Below the pieces are notes generated by a model that saw only the letters and a program-made list of their open reading frames with translations, did no database searches and had not been told where the DNA came from. DNA of 64,000 nucleotides, taken from contig QZKM01000018.1 of assembly GCA_003599485.1 (NCBI GenBank), positions 278 through 64,277 on the forward strand, read 5' to 3'. Numbering within the stretch: the stretch's first letter is position 1; every line of letters starts with the position of its first letter. Position numbers and translations under genes: made by a program. This DNA comes from Gammaproteobacteria bacterium. Its GTDB lineage: Bacteria; Pseudomonadota; Gammaproteobacteria; SURF-13. Of the stretch, positions 21,253-33,092 are shown piece by piece.

Positions 21253-21912
21253 ATGCGCGCGCAACCACACGTTACCATTACCGGAGTGATCCTCGCGGGC
21301 GGACAGGGCCGCCGCCTGCATGGTGCGGACAAGGGCTTTCTGGAGCTTGCGGGGAAGCCGCTGGTGGAACATATCCAGCGGTGGCTGGCGCCACAGGTTG
21401 ACCAGATCATCATCAACGCCAATCGCAACCTGCCGCGTTACGCGCGTTATGGCGTGCCGGTAGTGGAGGATGGCGCCGCCGGACATTGCGGCCCACTGGC
21501 CGGGATGCTGAGCGCCATGCGTCACGCCGGGACGGACTATATCCTCACCGCGCCCTGCGATTCGCCTCTACCGCTACGGCAGTACGCGTCGCGCATGCTG
21601 GCTGCGCTGAGGCAAGCCGGGGCCGGCGCGTGCGTGGCGCATGACGGGATACGCCTGCAACCGGTATATGTCCTGTTGCACCGCGGCCATGCGCCTGATT
21701 TGCAGAACTACCTGCGCGGCGGCGGACGCGCGGTTCACGAATGGCTGAAGCGTCACCCCTGTGCGCTGGCGGATTTTTCAGATCAGCCCGAAGCATTCAT
21801 GAACGTGAACACCCCCGGACACTACGCGCGGCTGAAACGGGCCGTTGAAAGCAAATTTGACGTAAACTATGTGGATCATGGAGGCGAAGAAAGACAGCCT
21901 GCTTGGCGTTGA
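21253..21912 (+). CDS. mobA: Molybdenum cofactor guanylyltransferase MobA
   Basis: VTITGVILAGGQGRRLHGADKGFLELAGKPL is the MobA nucleotide-binding N-terminus. Confidence 0.85.
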   Translation: MRAQPHVTITGVILAGGQGRRLHGADKGFLELAGKPLVEHIQRWLAPQVDQIIINANRNLPRYARYGVPVVEDGAAGHCGPLAGMLSAMRHAGTDYILTAPCDSPLPLRQYASRMLAALRQAGAGACVAHDGIRLQPVYVLLHRGHAPDLQNYLRGGGRAVHEWLKRHPCALADFSDQPEAFMNVNTPGHYARLKRAVESKFDVNYVDHGGEERQPAWR

Positions 21913-23104
21913 GGAAGCGCAGCGGCGCATCAGCGCCGCCATCACGCCCGTCACCGAATGCGAGCAAATCGCACTCGGCGACAGCCTGGGGCGTGTGCTC
22001 GGCGCGGACCTCTGCTCCAGCGCGGACGTGCCGCCTTATGCCAACTCGGCCATGGACGGCTATGCCTTCAATAGCGCCGATTTGCCGGACATCGGCAAGC
22101 GTGATTTAAAAATCGTGGGCGCGGCACTGGCGGGCAAGCCTTACAGTGCGGCACTGCGCCCGGGCGAATGCATACGCATCATGACCGGTGCAGTGCTGCC
22201 GCAGGGCGCGGACACCGTCGTCATGCAGGAGCAGGCGGAGTGCGCGGGCGACACCCTGCTTCTCGCGCCGGGGCATGCACCCGGCCAGCATGTACGCCGG
22301 GCCGGCGAGGATATTGCGCGCGGGGACGTAGTATTAAAGTGTGGCAGACGGCTCCAACCCGCTGACCTCGGCCTGCTGGCCTCGCTCGGCATCGCCACGG
22401 TGAACGTCTACCGGCGTATACGCGTTGCGTTGTTCACCACCGGAGATGAACTGCGCGAGGTGGATGAACCGCTGGACGCAGGACAGATTCACGACAGCAA
22501 TCGTTACGTGCTGCGCGCCCTGCTCACCCAGGCGGGCGTGACGTGCGTGGACATGGGCATCGTGCGCGACAGGCGCGAACAGGTGCGCGCGGCGCTGGCC
22601 CGGGCAGCGGATATCGCGGACGTGGTCATCAGCAGCGGCGGGGCTTCGGCAGGTGAAACCGATTACATCCGGGAAATTCTGGCCGAGCTGGGCGAAGTGA
22701 ATTTCTGGCGCATCGCCATGAAGCCGGGCAAGCCACTGGTCTTCGGCCGCATCGGGCGCGCGCATTTTTTCGGCTTGCCCGGCAATCCGGTGTCCGCCAT
22801 GGTCACCTTTTACCAGTTCGCGCTGCCCGCGCTACTCAAACTGATGGGCATGCAGGACCGCGCGGCGCATACCCTTTTGCTGAACTGTACCGAACATCTC
22901 AAGAAGGCGGCTGGACGCACCGAGTTTCTGCGCGGCGTCATCGAACACGACGCTGCGGGTCAAATGACGGTGCGCACCACCGGGGCGCAAGGATCGGGAA
23001 TACTCAGCTCCATGAGCAAGGCCGACTGTTTCATTATCCTGCCCGGACCGTGTACGGAAGTCACACCCGGCGCTCCGGTGACGGTGCAATTATTCACGCT
23101 CTGA
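21878..23104 (+). CDS. moeA: Molybdopterin molybdenumtransferase MoeA
   Basis: MoeA N-terminal, MoCF-biosynthesis (GGASAGETDY) and C-terminal domains. Overlaps the mobA end. Confidence 0.9.
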   Translation: MEAKKDSLLGVEEAQRRISAAITPVTECEQIALGDSLGRVLGADLCSSADVPPYANSAMDGYAFNSADLPDIGKRDLKIVGAALAGKPYSAALRPGECIRIMTGAVLPQGADTVVMQEQAECAGDTLLLAPGHAPGQHVRRAGEDIARGDVVLKCGRRLQPADLGLLASLGIATVNVYRRIRVALFTTGDELREVDEPLDAGQIHDSNRYVLRALLTQAGVTCVDMGIVRDRREQVRAALARAADIADVVISSGGASAGETDYIREILAELGEVNFWRIAMKPGKPLVFGRIGRAHFFGLPGNPVSAMVTFYQFALPALLKLMGMQDRAAHTLLLNCTEHLKKAAGRTEFLRGVIEHDAAGQMTVRTTGAQGSGILSSMSKADCFIILPGPCTEVTPGAPVTVQLFTL

Positions 23105-23151
23105 CCCGGCAGAGATACAGCCTTGCCACCCGGCAGGGAGCGCTGACTGAA

Positions 23152-23544
23152 TCAGCGTTTCTTTTTCACCGCCTTCCTTTTCATGGCGACCGCCCTTCTC
23201 ACCGCCGCCCGTTGCATGCGCGCCAGTTTGATAAAGTATTTGCGTTCCCATTTTTTTTCGAACGCGCGTATGGCCTTGCGTTTGGCCTTCATCATGCGCG
23301 CCATGGTCTTCCTGGCGGCCGCCCGGGCACGCTTGGCGGCCGCTTTCACCGCGGCCTCGGCCTTGGCCTGAGCGAGTCTCTCCTTCGCCGCCAGCCTCTT
23401 CAGGGTAGCGGCGCTTAATTTAAGTTTGGCTCGCCTCTTGCGGCGCGTTATCTTCGCCACACGGGCTGCTTTTCCGCCTCGTCTGCGCACCGCACCGGCT
23501 TTTCTTTTCTTCCTCACTATTGCAGCCTTCTTCATTTTTGCCAT
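23152..23544 (-). CDS. Highly basic Lys/Arg/Ala-rich low-complexity protein, histone H1-like (AlgP/BpH1-like) nucleoid-associated protein candidate
   Basis: About 130 aa, more than 40% K+R, with repeated AAKRA/KRK motifs. Also high-GC third-position coding in this frame, though that is weak evidence in a ~64% GC genome. Confidence 0.6.
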   Translation of the reverse strand: MAKMKKAAIVRKKRKAGAVRRRGGKAARVAKITRRKRRAKLKLSAATLKRLAAKERLAQAKAEAAVKAAAKRARAAARKTMARMMKAKRKAIRAFEKKWERKYFIKLARMQRAAVRRAVAMKRKAVKKKR

Positions 23545-23645
23545 GATGTTTTTCTCCTGCATGGATACGACCAACATGATTCATTATACCTGCATGTTTT
23601 AATAGTACAACATTCATTAACAGCGCGCTGCATTCATCCATTACT

Positions 23646-24698
23646 TCATTCGTCCGGCACTGCAACCTGGTCCGTGTCCAGCCATCCGCACGCGTACTTC
23701 CCGACAATGGCCGACAGCGCTTTGATATGTGCGGGGTGATCATTAAGCGCCGGCATATAATGGTAACTCCCGCCGCCTGATTGAAGAAACAAATCGCGGT
23801 TCTGCATGGCGATTTCCTCAAGGGTCTCCAGGCAATCGGCGGAAAATCCCGGGCACACCACGTCCACGCTTTTTACGCCGGCGCCACCCCATTGTTGCAG
23901 GATTTGATCCGTGTAAGGCTGCAACCACGGCTCGCGCCCGAAACGCGACTGAAAGCTCACCTTCCACTGGCCGGCGGAAAGTCGCAGTTGCTCCGCTATC
24001 AGGCGCGCCGTTTTGTGGCACTCGTAATAATAGGGATCGCCCTGGGCAAGAAAGCGCTGCGGCAGCCCATGAAAGGAAAACAACAGCCGCTCGCCCGGCT
24101 CACGGCCGCGCCAATTATCGCGGATGGACTCCGCCACGGCTTTAATGTAAGCGGGCTCATCGTGATAATGCTTCACCACGCGCAGCTCAGGGATATTTTT
24201 CCACTTTTTGAGTGTCGCAGCCACTGCGTCGAAGGTCGAGGCGGTGGTGGAGGACGAGTATTGAGGATAAAGCGGCAGCAGCACTATGCGCGCGGCGTTG
24301 GCGGCGCGCAACTGATTAAGCGCGTCCTCCAGGGAAGGCTTGCCGTAACGCATGCCCAGCGCCACCGTCAGCGGTTCCTTGAAGCACTGTTTCAATTCAT
24401 TCTGCAACGCCGCCGCTTGACGCTGTGAATTCGCCAGCAAAGGTGAACCGTGCTCGCTCCAGACCTTTGCATAAGAGTGGGCGGAGCGCGCGGGGCGGAT
24501 ACGCAGTATCACGCCGTGCAGTATCGGCCACCACAACCAGCGCGGCATATCCACCACGCGCGGGTCCCAGAGAAATTCTGCCAGATAACGGCGCACGGCT
24601 TGTGCAGTGGGCGCATCCGGCGTGCCCAGATTGCTGATTAACACGCCTGTGACGGACGGCGGCGCGTCGTGCGCCTCCTCTGTGACGGATGCGCTCAT
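23646..24698 (-). CDS. hemH: Ferrochelatase HemH
   Basis: Ferrochelatase family sequence ([10 protein letters not shown]...YPQYSSSTT...). Confidence 0.9.
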   Translation of the reverse strand: MSASVTEEAHDAPPSVTGVLISNLGTPDAPTAQAVRRYLAEFLWDPRVVDMPRWLWWPILHGVILRIRPARSAHSYAKVWSEHGSPLLANSQRQAAALQNELKQCFKEPLTVALGMRYGKPSLEDALNQLRAANAARIVLLPLYPQYSSSTTASTFDAVAATLKKWKNIPELRVVKHYHDEPAYIKAVAESIRDNWRGREPGERLLFSFHGLPQRFLAQGDPYYYECHKTARLIAEQLRLSAGQWKVSFQSRFGREPWLQPYTDQILQQWGGAGVKSVDVVCPGFSADCLETLEEIAMQNRDLFLQSGGGSYHYMPALNDHPAHIKALSAIVGKYACGWLDTDQVAVPDE

Positions 24699-25606
24699 GA
24701 GCGGGTCTTGCGCGCCGCAGCGGCGTCATCATCGGTGTGATGCTCGTCCAGATAGGACTTGAATGGCCGGCCCAGCTCCGGGTGACGCAGCGCATACTCC
24801 ACCGTAGCCTGCAGATAACCCAGCTTGCTGCCGCAATCGTAGCGTTTCCCGATGAACGGATAGGCCAAGACGGTTTCCAGTTGAATCAGTGACGCGATGG
24901 CGTCGGTCAATTGAATTTCGCCCTGCGCCGCCTCCGCCCTGGCCCCAATCAAATCGAAGATGCGCGGCGTGAGGATATAGCGGCCCACCACGGCGAGCGT
25001 GGAAGGCGCTTGTTGCGGCTGCGGTTTTTCCACGATGGAGGTGACGCGGCGCAGTGTCCCCTGCCACGCCTCACTGTCCACGATGCCGTACTTGCCGGTA
25101 TCGCGGCGCGCGACCTCCTCCACCGCAAGCAAACTGCAACGATGCTGTTCATAAACCGCAACCATTTGCGCCAGGCAGCCGCGTTCACCATCATAGATCA
25201 AATCATCAGCCAGTATCACCGCAAAGGGTTCATCCTTGATGAGATCCCTGGCGCACAATACAGCATGTCCCAGGCCCAGCGCTTCGGCCTGACGCACATA
25301 GGCGCACGACACGCCCCTGGGCAATATACCGCGCACCTCGGCGAGCAGTTCCGTGCGCCCGCGCCGCTCCAGTTCGTATTCCAGTTCGAACGAACGGTCA
25401 AAATGATCCTCGATGGCGCGCTTGTTGCTGCTGGTGACGAAAATCATTTCCGTAATACCGGCGCTGACGGCTTCTTCCACGGCGTACTGGATCAGCGGTT
25501 TATCCACCACCGGCAGCATTTCCTTGGGGCTGGCCTTGGTCGCGGGAAGAAACCGCGTTCCGAGCCCCGCTACCGGAAATACCGCTTTACGGATGTATGG
25601 CGTCAT
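24695..25606 (-). CDS. galU: UTP-glucose-1-phosphate uridylyltransferase GalU
   Basis: [34 protein letters not shown] is the GalU signature. Confidence 0.93.
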   Translation of the reverse strand: MTPYIRKAVFPVAGLGTRFLPATKASPKEMLPVVDKPLIQYAVEEAVSAGITEMIFVTSSNKRAIEDHFDRSFELEYELERRGRTELLAEVRGILPRGVSCAYVRQAEALGLGHAVLCARDLIKDEPFAVILADDLIYDGERGCLAQMVAVYEQHRCSLLAVEEVARRDTGKYGIVDSEAWQGTLRRVTSIVEKPQPQQAPSTLAVVGRYILTPRIFDLIGARAEAAQGEIQLTDAIASLIQLETVLAYPFIGKRYDCGSKLGYLQATVEYALRHPELGRPFKSYLDEHHTDDDAAAARKTRS

Positions 25607-27480
25607 GTGAGGGCCAGGGGAACGACGTTGGAGGGCCGGCCGTCCGGCGACTCATTAAGCTCCGGTACCATGCGCTTGACCAGCGCGCGCAAGCGTGGCT
25701 CGTCATAGTCGTCGCAGGCCAAGGCCAGCTCCTCCAGATACTCACTCAACGATGGCCAGTCACAGCCCCTGCACTGAGCGAGCAGTATCTTTGGATGAGG
25801 GGTGGGAGTGAGTTTTTCCTGCTCGTGAAACAGCTCCTCGTACAGCTTTTCACCCGGGCGCAGGCCGGTATAGATGATTTTGATATCCTTGCCGGGAGAT
25901 TTGCCCGACAGACGGATCATCTGCTCGGCGAGGTAGGCGATGGACACCGGCTTGCCCATGTCGAGCACATAGATTTCTCCGCCCTTGCCGATCACCGAGG
26001 CCTGCATGATGAGCTGACAGGCTTCGGGTATGGTCATGAAGAAACGGGTGATTTCCGGGTGCGTGACCGTAACCGGTCCGCCCGCCGCGATCTGTTTCTG
26101 GAACAAGGGCACCACGCTGCCGGCCGAACCCAGCACGTTGCCAAAGCGCACCGTGATGAGGCGCATGCTGGAGCGTACCCCCAGCGCCTGGCCGAGGATC
26201 TCGGCGATGCGCTTGCTCGCGCCCATGACGTTGGTGGGATTGACCGCCTTGTCGGTGGAAATCAAAACAAACGTGGCGCAGCCGTGGCGCTCGGCCGCTT
26301 CCACCAGCGTCCTGGTGCCGAGCACGTTGTTGCGCACCGCCTCGCGCACCTGATTCTCCAGCATCGGCACGTGCTTGTACGCCGCGGCGTGGAAAATAAC
26401 CTCCGGCCGGTGCTGTCGCAGCAGGTGTTGCACCGCGTTCGCATCGCACACGTCGCCGAGGCAGGCCTGCAAATTGAGGTTGGGAAACTTTCCGCGCAAC
26501 TCCATCTCGATGCTGTATAAATTGAATTCGCTGCGCTCATAAATCAGCAGCGCGCTCACCCCCAGGCGCGCCACCTGGCGGCACAATTCCGCGCCGATGG
26601 AGCCGCCTCCGCCGGTGATGAGCACGGTTTTCCCCGTCAATCCGCTGCTGATCGCCTGCCAGTCCAGCGATACCGTTTCGCGGTTGAGCAAATCTTCCAG
26701 CGCCACTTCCTTCAACGCTTGCAGCGCCGACTGCCCGGAAACCAGGTCGCGCAGGCGCGGCAGGGTGCGAAACGGCAGCATGGTTTGCTCGCACAGGGAA
26801 ACCGCGCGCTGCATTTGCGCGTTGGTCGCCGAAGGCATGGCGATCACGATCACATCCACACCCTTGCGCCGCACGACGTCCGGCAGGTCATCCAGGGAAC
26901 CCAGCAGTGGAACGCCATGAATCTTCGCGCCCTTCAGTTCCGGGTTGTCATCCAGGAATCCCACCGGCAGATATTCCTCGCCGTGCAGCATGTCGCGCGC
27001 CAGGCTCTCGCCCGACCTGCCGGCGCCCAGCAGCAGCACGCGCTTGCGTTCCGCGCGGTCGAGCAGGTTGAAGCGGTGATCTTTCCACAGGCGGTACATT
27101 TGACGCGGCGCGCCCAGCAGCATCACCAGGAACACCGGATAAAGCAGCAATATACTGCGTGGTATGCCTTCCAGGCGGTTGAACAGGAACAAGCCCAGCG
27201 CTATCGTCAGTACACCGAACAACGCGCCGCGCATGATGTTCCATAGGTCGGCGACACTGGCGAAACGCCACAAGCCTCGATAGGCGCCTGTCCACCATAA
27301 TATTAATCCCTGGGCGGCGATAATCCACGGCGTCAATTGCAACAATCCGGGCTGATTCAGGGTAAGGGAGAAATCATGACGCACCCAGACAGCCAACACC
27401 CATGCCAGACCCGCCATGAAGAGATCATGCAGTAACACGGCCGCGCGGCGGCTGATTACGTTGGATGCTAAACCCGGCAT
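25603..27480 (-). CDS. Membrane-anchored nucleotide-sugar 4,6-dehydratase/epimerase, WbpM/CapD/PglF family
   Basis: N-terminal TM helices, two Rossmann domains ([10 protein letters not shown]) and the polysaccharide biosynthesis CapD family core. Confidence 0.85.
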   Translation of the reverse strand: MPGLASNVISRRAAVLLHDLFMAGLAWVLAVWVRHDFSLTLNQPGLLQLTPWIIAAQGLILWWTGAYRGLWRFASVADLWNIMRGALFGVLTIALGLFLFNRLEGIPRSILLLYPVFLVMLLGAPRQMYRLWKDHRFNLLDRAERKRVLLLGAGRSGESLARDMLHGEEYLPVGFLDDNPELKGAKIHGVPLLGSLDDLPDVVRRKGVDVIVIAMPSATNAQMQRAVSLCEQTMLPFRTLPRLRDLVSGQSALQALKEVALEDLLNRETVSLDWQAISSGLTGKTVLITGGGGSIGAELCRQVARLGVSALLIYERSEFNLYSIEMELRGKFPNLNLQACLGDVCDANAVQHLLRQHRPEVIFHAAAYKHVPMLENQVREAVRNNVLGTRTLVEAAERHGCATFVLISTDKAVNPTNVMGASKRIAEILGQALGVRSSMRLITVRFGNVLGSAGSVVPLFQKQIAAGGPVTVTHPEITRFFMTIPEACQLIMQASVIGKGGEIYVLDMGKPVSIAYLAEQMIRLSGKSPGKDIKIIYTGLRPGEKLYEELFHEQEKLTPTPHPKILLAQCRGCDWPSLSEYLEELALACDDYDEPRLRALVKRMVPELNESPDGRPSNVVPLALT

Positions 27481-28476
27481 TTATTTAATCGTCATTCTGA
27501 TCTGCAAATACACCCACATGGCCGCTCCCGCCATGCCCGCGACGGATACGGCATGGACGGCAAGCTCGTCATGCCGCCACACCCACGCGGCCAGCCCCCA
27601 CAGCAACGCGACATTTAATACTATCACGGCCATCGTCACCTGTTTGTGGCTGTATCCGGCCTGTGTCATGCGCTGATACAGATGCGTGGCGTGCGCCTGA
27701 TACCAGCGCTCGCCGCGCAGCATGCGCCGCAGCAGGGTCAGTGTAGCATCCAGCACGAACGGCGCAAGCAGTATCAGCCAGATGAGCGCGGATAAAGCGC
27801 CCGACTGCGCGCCGGCGAGCGCCAATACCGCGAAGCTGTAACCCAGCAAGCCGCTGCCCGCATCGCCCATGAATATTTTGGCGGGCGGCCAGTTCCAGAC
27901 CAGGAATCCCGCACTGGACACGGCCAGCGCCATGCTGGCCAGCGCCAGTCCGGGTGCATCGCTCAACCACAGCAGCACACCGCCTGCCAGCGCCGCGCAC
28001 AGCGCCTGCGCGCCCGCCAGGCCGTCAATGCCGTCCATGAAATTATAGAGATTGATCAGCCAGACCATTCCCAGCAGCGCCAGCAATGCATCAAATGCGG
28101 AAAGATCCGCCCCCAGCCAGAACAAGGCCCACAACGCAGCCAGCACATGCACCAGCAGACGCCACGGCGGCGCAACGTGGCGGTGATCATCCCACGCGCC
28201 AACGGCCGCCACCAGCAGCCCGCCCCCCAGCAGCGCCATGCCGGCGTCGCGCGGCAACACGTCCCACCACAGCAACAGGGCGAGACTGAAGAAAAACGCC
28301 GCCGCAATGGCGATGCCGCCGCCGTGCGGCGTCGGCACAACATGGGCGCTGCGCTCGTTCGGCACATCCAGCAATCCATGGCGCAAGGCAAAACGGTACA
28401 TCAACAGCGTCGTCAGCAGCGCCACGCCAAAGGCGCCCGCCAGCACAAGTCCGTAAGCAAACAGCGGGGAAGGCAC
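27481..28476 (-). CDS. Undecaprenyl-phosphate N-acetylhexosamine-1-phosphate transferase (WecA/WbpL, GT4 MraY-like); start uncertain, possibly GTG near 28476
   Basis: Multi-TM protein with MraY/WecA motifs (NLYNFMDGIDGLA, DAGS). The long Arg-rich N-terminal extension of the ORF is unlikely to be coding. Confidence 0.7.
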   Translation of the reverse strand: MPSPLFAYGLVLAGAFGVALLTTLLMYRFALRHGLLDVPNERSAHVVPTPHGGGIAIAAAFFFSLALLLWWDVLPRDAGMALLGGGLLVAAVGAWDDHRHVAPPWRLLVHVLAALWALFWLGADLSAFDALLALLGMVWLINLYNFMDGIDGLAGAQALCAALAGGVLLWLSDAPGLALASMALAVSSAGFLVWNWPPAKIFMGDAGSGLLGYSFAVLALAGAQSGALSALIWLILLAPFVLDATLTLLRRMLRGERWYQAHATHLYQRMTQAGYSHKQVTMAVIVLNVALLWGLAAWVWRHDELAVHAVSVAGMAGAAMWVYLQIRMTIK

Positions 28477-28493
28477 GGGATAGCGTGGACGGC

Positions 28494-29273
28494 TCAGGTT
28501 GTATGCAGGGAGGCGATTTCGGACTGTATCGCGCGCAACGCCTGCATGGGATCGGGCGCGCGCGTGATGGGACGCCCTATCACCAGATAGCTGGCGCCGG
28601 CCTGCAACGCCTCGCATGGCGTCAGGGTGCGCTTTTGATCGTCCGCTGTGCTGTTTGATGGCCTGATGCCCGGCGTCACCAGGCAAAAATCCGCGCCCAG
28701 TGCGCCGCGCAGCAACGCGGTCTCGCGCGGCGAACACACCACGCCGTCCAGCCCCGCGGCGTGCGCAAGCCTCGCAAGACGCAGCACGTTTTCCTCAACG
28801 GAGCCCATGAGCCCAAGCTGGCGCAGGTCATGCGCGTCCAGGCTGGTGAGCACGGTTACCGCTACCAGCAAAGGCCTGGAACCGCCCGCCTTATCCAGCG
28901 CGTTGCGCGCCGCTTCAAGCATCTTTTTTCCGCCCAATGCGTGCACGTTCATCATCCACACGCCCAGATCCGCCGCTGCGCTGCAAGCCTGCGCCACGGT
29001 GTTGGGGATGTCATGAAATTTGAGATCAAGAAACACGTCAAAACCGCGCTCGGCGGCCTGCCGTACGAACTGCGGCCCGCCGCGCACAAACAGCTCCTTG
29101 CCGATCTTGAGCTTGCATTCCGCCCCGTCGAGCGAATCCAATAACGGCAGCGCTTGCCGCGGATTGGGATAATCCAGCGCCACGATGATGCGCGTAGCCG
29201 CTCCCGTCGCCCTGCCTCCCGCGACACTGGCAGAACCCTTCGCTGGCGCTGAACCCTGTGCGTCGTCAGTCAC
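28494..29273 (-). CDS. pyrF: Orotidine 5'-phosphate decarboxylase PyrF (probable GTG start near 29273)
   Basis: IIVALDY...[10 protein letters not shown]...VNVHA matches the E. coli PyrF pattern. Confidence 0.88.
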   Translation of the reverse strand: MTDDAQGSAPAKGSASVAGGRATGAATRIIVALDYPNPRQALPLLDSLDGAECKLKIGKELFVRGGPQFVRQAAERGFDVFLDLKFHDIPNTVAQACSAAADLGVWMMNVHALGGKKMLEAARNALDKAGGSRPLLVAVTVLTSLDAHDLRQLGLMGSVEENVLRLARLAHAAGLDGVVCSPRETALLRGALGADFCLVTPGIRPSNSTADDQKRTLTPCEALQAGASYLVIGRPITRAPDPMQALRAIQSEIASLHTT

Positions 29274-30429
29274 CTTCCACACCCTGCAACGGCTTGATCG
29301 TATTCCAGCGTTTGCAGCTCGGGCATTGCCAATGCAATGCCTTGCCGGCAAACCCGCACTGAGTACAGCTGTACAATGGTTTGTTGCACATGAGCTGGCT
29401 GGTGAGATCTTTCAGAATGAGCAGATTGTCACGCACCTCCGCGTCGGCGTGACTGAGCTTGACCTCGATCAGATGATCGAGTCCGCGCACCGAGGGACGA
29501 TTGCGCAGTTGCGCGGTGATGAAGTCTTCCGCCTGCGCGTCCCCGTACTGGCGGCGCAGCGCATCGGCAAGCGCGAGCATAAGTGAAATGTTTTTATGCT
29601 GACTGGACAGACGGCGCAGGTAGTCCACCATGTCCGCCTCACGGCCCAGCCTGGAGTAGCAATCGCGCAACGGTTCGATGATCTCCGGCAGAAAATCGCT
29701 GTCCTGTTGTTCAACGCGCTCCAGCGCGCGCAATGCGGCCTTGTAATCGCCCGCCCGGCGCGCCATATCGGCCTCGATCAAGCTGGCCCTGACGCTGTTC
29801 TCGTCGGTGTCCAGCGCCTGGCGCAGGTACTGCTCTGCCTGCCTGTCATCTGCGCCAGCCAGCGCCTGCTCGGCCAGTTCACAGTAGTATTGCGCGACCA
29901 TGCCTCGCGTGTCCTCGCCAAAAAGGGTCTGCAATTTTTTTGCGCTGGCTATCGCCTGACGCCAGTCTTTTTCCTGCTGGTAAATATCCAGCAGTAGATG
30001 CAGCGCATTGCCTACGTGCTCATTCCTCTCGATCAATTCCTGAAACAGGCTTTCGGCGCGGTCCAGTAATCCCGCGCGCAGATAATCCTGACCGAGTTCG
30101 AGCAGCGCCTGACTGCGTTGTTGCAGACTGAGCGTGGGGCGGGCGATAAGATTCTGGTGTATGCGGATCGCGCGCTCTACCTCACCACGGCGCCGGAACA
30201 AACTGCCCAGGGCAAGATGCGTCTCGACCGTCTCGCTGTCCACCTCAACCATGCGGATGAACACCTCGATGGCCTTATCCGGCTGTTCATTGAGGAGATA
30301 GTTGAGCCCCTTGAAATAGTGGGAGGAAAATTCAAAACCGCTGCGTGTCCGCCTCTTATCGTCGCGCTTGGCGAGCCACCAGCCGGAGGCGGCGGCCACG
30401 GGCAGGAGCAGCAGCAATAGCGTCCACAT
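29266..30429 (-). CDS. lapB: Lipopolysaccharide assembly protein B LapB (YciM)
   Basis: N-terminal TM helix, TPR repeats, and C-terminal rubredoxin-like CxxC...CxxC ([21 protein letters not shown]). Confidence 0.9.
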   Translation of the reverse strand: MWTLLLLLLPVAAASGWWLAKRDDKRRTRSGFEFSSHYFKGLNYLLNEQPDKAIEVFIRMVEVDSETVETHLALGSLFRRRGEVERAIRIHQNLIARPTLSLQQRSQALLELGQDYLRAGLLDRAESLFQELIERNEHVGNALHLLLDIYQQEKDWRQAIASAKKLQTLFGEDTRGMVAQYYCELAEQALAGADDRQAEQYLRQALDTDENSVRASLIEADMARRAGDYKAALRALERVEQQDSDFLPEIIEPLRDCYSRLGREADMVDYLRRLSSQHKNISLMLALADALRRQYGDAQAEDFITAQLRNRPSVRGLDHLIEVKLSHADAEVRDNLLILKDLTSQLMCNKPLYSCTQCGFAGKALHWQCPSCKRWNTIKPLQGVEGD

Positions 30430-30439
30430 TACCGGAGAC

Positions 30440-30754
30440 CTACTGGCTGTCCTTGACGGGAATGGAGCGCAGATTCATGATTTCCGTTTCCAAAAGTTTC
30501 ACGGCCTTGCGCAGGCGGCTCACTTCGCGCTTCAAACGGAAAATGGACCCCAGACAGGAACCCACACCGAATAAAACGCCGGCAGCCGCGGCGATCACCA
30601 GTGTGAGCGACAGCGGCACATCCCAATGGCCGAAATAGTAATCAATCTGCACTACCCCGGCGTTGATCAACGCCAGGCCCAGGCTTGCCGCCAGAATGAT
30701 CAAAAACAGCATGAAGCGCACAATACGCAACATTTCACCTCCCTCAAACAGCAT
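30440..30754 (-). CDS. lapA: Lipopolysaccharide assembly protein A LapA (YciS, DUF1049)
   Basis: Small 2-TM protein immediately upstream of lapB. Confidence 0.8.
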   Translation of the reverse strand: MLFEGGEMLRIVRFMLFLIILAASLGLALINAGVVQIDYYFGHWDVPLSLTLVIAAAAGVLFGVGSCLGSIFRLKREVSRLRKAVKLLETEIMNLRSIPVKDSQ

Positions 30755-30824
30755 CGCCTTTGCGTGCAGCGGGTAAGTATAATATGGTTAGTGCGCGACC
30801 GCATCCGGTCCGCCTTTGGCGCAT

Positions 30825-30854
30825 AAAAAAACGGCATGGAGCGACCCATGCCGT
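30825..30854 (-). terminator. Rho-independent terminator downstream of ihfB
   Basis: Minus strand reads ACGGCAUGGgucgcuCCAUGCCGU followed by UUUUUUU. Confidence 0.75.
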
Positions 30855-30954
30855 CATGCTCGGATGCAACTTGCGACGCACAGGGATGTGCTAGTGTCGC
30901 GGGAGGCAGGATGCCGGGAGCGACCGGCGCACAGGACGCCGGAAGCGGCGGCGA

Positions 30955-31254
30955 CTATTTCTGCCCGGCGTTCACCCGCTCGCGTAATTCCTTGCCCGGT
31001 TTGAAATGCGGCACATACTTGCCAGGCAGTGTCACGGCGCCGCCGGTTTTCGGGTTCCTGCCGACGCGCGGTGAACGATAGTGCAACGAGAAGCTGCCAA
31101 AGCCGCGTATCTCGATGCGCTCGCCTTCGGAAAGCGCCTGCCCCATGTGCTCCAGCATGGTCTTTACCGCCAGTTCGATGTCTTTATAAGCCAGTTGCGC
31201 CTGCTTGCGCGACAGCGCGTTGAACAGCGCCTCGATGAGATCGGACTTGGTCAT
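30955..31254 (-). CDS. ihfB: Integration host factor beta subunit
   Basis: [10 protein letters not shown]...RGFGSF...GRNPKTG is the IHF-beta signature. Confidence 0.95.
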   Translation of the reverse strand: MTKSDLIEALFNALSRKQAQLAYKDIELAVKTMLEHMGQALSEGERIEIRGFGSFSLHYRSPRVGRNPKTGGAVTLPGKYVPHFKPGKELRERVNAGQK

Positions 31255-31290
31255 GGAGTGCATGGATTTTACGGCTCCCCGGTTGGTGGA

Positions 31291-32967
31291 CTACTCGCCT
31301 TTTTTCTTCATGTGCCGCTTGAGTATGTCCCCCAGGGTCGGATTGTGCGCTGCACTCTGCTGGGCGTACTCCTGCATGGCCTCGGCGTGCTCTTCGCTGT
31401 CCTTGGCCTTGATGGATAATGTGATGCCGCGGTTCTTGCGGTCCATGCCGGTGAACTTGGCTTCGATTTCATCGCCCGCCTTGAGCACGCTGCGCGCGTC
31501 TTCCACCCGGTCCTGGGAAAGCTCGGAGGCGCGCAGGTAACCCTCGACGCCATCCGCCAGTTGTACAGTGGCGCCCTTGGCGTCCACTTCTTTGACCACG
31601 CCCTTCACGATGCTGCCCTTGGGATGCGTGGCGACGAAGTTGGAGGCCGGGTCCTGCTCAAGCTGTTTGATGCCGAGCGAGATGCGCTCGCGCTCCGGAT
31701 CCACCGCGAGGATCACGCTCTCGATCTCGTCGCCCTTCTTGTAGTTGCGCACCGCCTCTTCACCGGGCAATGCCCAGGAAATATCGGACAGGTGCACCAG
31801 ACCGTCTATGCCGCCGTCCAGTCCGACGAAAATACCGAAATCGGTGATGGATTTGATCTTGCCGGAAATCTTGTCGCCCTTGTTGTGGGTGGCGCCGAAC
31901 TCCTCCCACGGGTTGGGCTTGCACTGTTTCATGCCGAGCGAGATGCGGCGCCGCTCCTCGTCTATTTCCAGCACCATCACCTCGACTTCGTCACCGAGCT
32001 GCACCAGCTTGGAGGGGTGCACGTTTTTGTTGGTCCAGTCCATTTCCGAGACGTGCACCAGGCCTTCCACGCCGTCCTCGATCTCCACGAAGCAGCCGTA
32101 ATCGGCGATGTTGGTGACCTTGCCGAACAGGCGCGTGCCGGAGGGATAGCGCCGCACCAGGTCCGCCCACGGGTCGTCGCCGGTTTGCTTCAGGCCCAGC
32201 GAAACGCGGTTGCGCTCCTTGTCGAACTTGAGCACCTTGACTTCAATCTCGTCGCCGACTTTGACCACTTCGCTCGGGCTCTTGATGCGCTTCCACGCCA
32301 TGTCGGTGATGTGCAGCAGGCCGTCTATGCCGCCCAAATCCACGAACGCGCCGTAATCGGTGAGGTTTTTCACCACGCCCTTGACCACGTCGCCTTCCTG
32401 AAGATTTTGCAGCAGCGCCGCGCGCTCCGCGCTGGTTTCCGTGTCCATCGCCGCACGCCGCGACACCACGACGTTATTGCGCTTGCGGTCGAGCTTGATG
32501 ATCTTGAATTCGTATTCCTTGCCTTCCAGTTGGGCCGGATCGCGCACCGGGCGCGCATCGGCCAGCGAGCCCGGCAGGAACGCGCGCACGTCGCCGATTT
32601 CCACCGTGAAGCCGCCTTTGACGCGGCCGCTCACCAGGCCGGTAATTTTTTCGCCGGCCTCGAACACCCGTTCCAGTTTGGTCCAGGATTGATCTCGCTT
32701 GGCCTTCTCGCGCGACAGGCGCGTCAGGCCGAAGCCGTCCTCGATATTGTCCAGAGCGACGTCCACCACGTCGCCCACATTGACTTCAATTGCGCCCTGC
32801 TCGTTGTAAAACTGCTCGACGGGTATCATCCCTTCGGACTTGAGCCCCGCGTCCACCACCACCACGTCGTGATCCACGCGCACCACTCTGGCGCTGACGA
32901 TGGAGCCGGTACGCATACGCTTTCCGGTAAAGCTCTCTTCCAGTAACTGGGCAAAATTTTCGCTCAT
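31291..32967 (-). CDS. rpsA: 30S ribosomal protein S1
   Basis: 558 aa with six S1 repeats. Confidence 0.97.
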   Translation of the reverse strand: MSENFAQLLEESFTGKRMRTGSIVSARVVRVDHDVVVVDAGLKSEGMIPVEQFYNEQGAIEVNVGDVVDVALDNIEDGFGLTRLSREKAKRDQSWTKLERVFEAGEKITGLVSGRVKGGFTVEIGDVRAFLPGSLADARPVRDPAQLEGKEYEFKIIKLDRKRNNVVVSRRAAMDTETSAERAALLQNLQEGDVVKGVVKNLTDYGAFVDLGGIDGLLHITDMAWKRIKSPSEVVKVGDEIEVKVLKFDKERNRVSLGLKQTGDDPWADLVRRYPSGTRLFGKVTNIADYGCFVEIEDGVEGLVHVSEMDWTNKNVHPSKLVQLGDEVEVMVLEIDEERRRISLGMKQCKPNPWEEFGATHNKGDKISGKIKSITDFGIFVGLDGGIDGLVHLSDISWALPGEEAVRNYKKGDEIESVILAVDPERERISLGIKQLEQDPASNFVATHPKGSIVKGVVKEVDAKGATVQLADGVEGYLRASELSQDRVEDARSVLKAGDEIEAKFTGMDRKNRGITLSIKAKDSEEHAEAMQEYAQQSAAHNPTLGDILKRHMKKKGE

Positions 32968-33092
32968 ACTTTTATAAATCTATCCTCGACCGCTGACGGC
33001 GCCGTCATCGGCCGCGTGCAGATCTAAACCACCTGGTTAATTGATAATCAGTGCAAACCGGGACATGCCCGCCTGCGCCACCTGTACCACTC

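Noticed and set aside
24911-26520. Long plus-strand ORFs (265 and 307 aa) antisense to galU and the WbpM-like gene
   Set aside because: Low-complexity Arg/Gly/Ala-rich translations. The opposite strand encodes well-conserved enzymes.
31561-32946. 461-aa plus-strand ORF antisense to rpsA
   Set aside because: Shadow ORF. The minus frame encodes ribosomal protein S1 with six S1 repeats.
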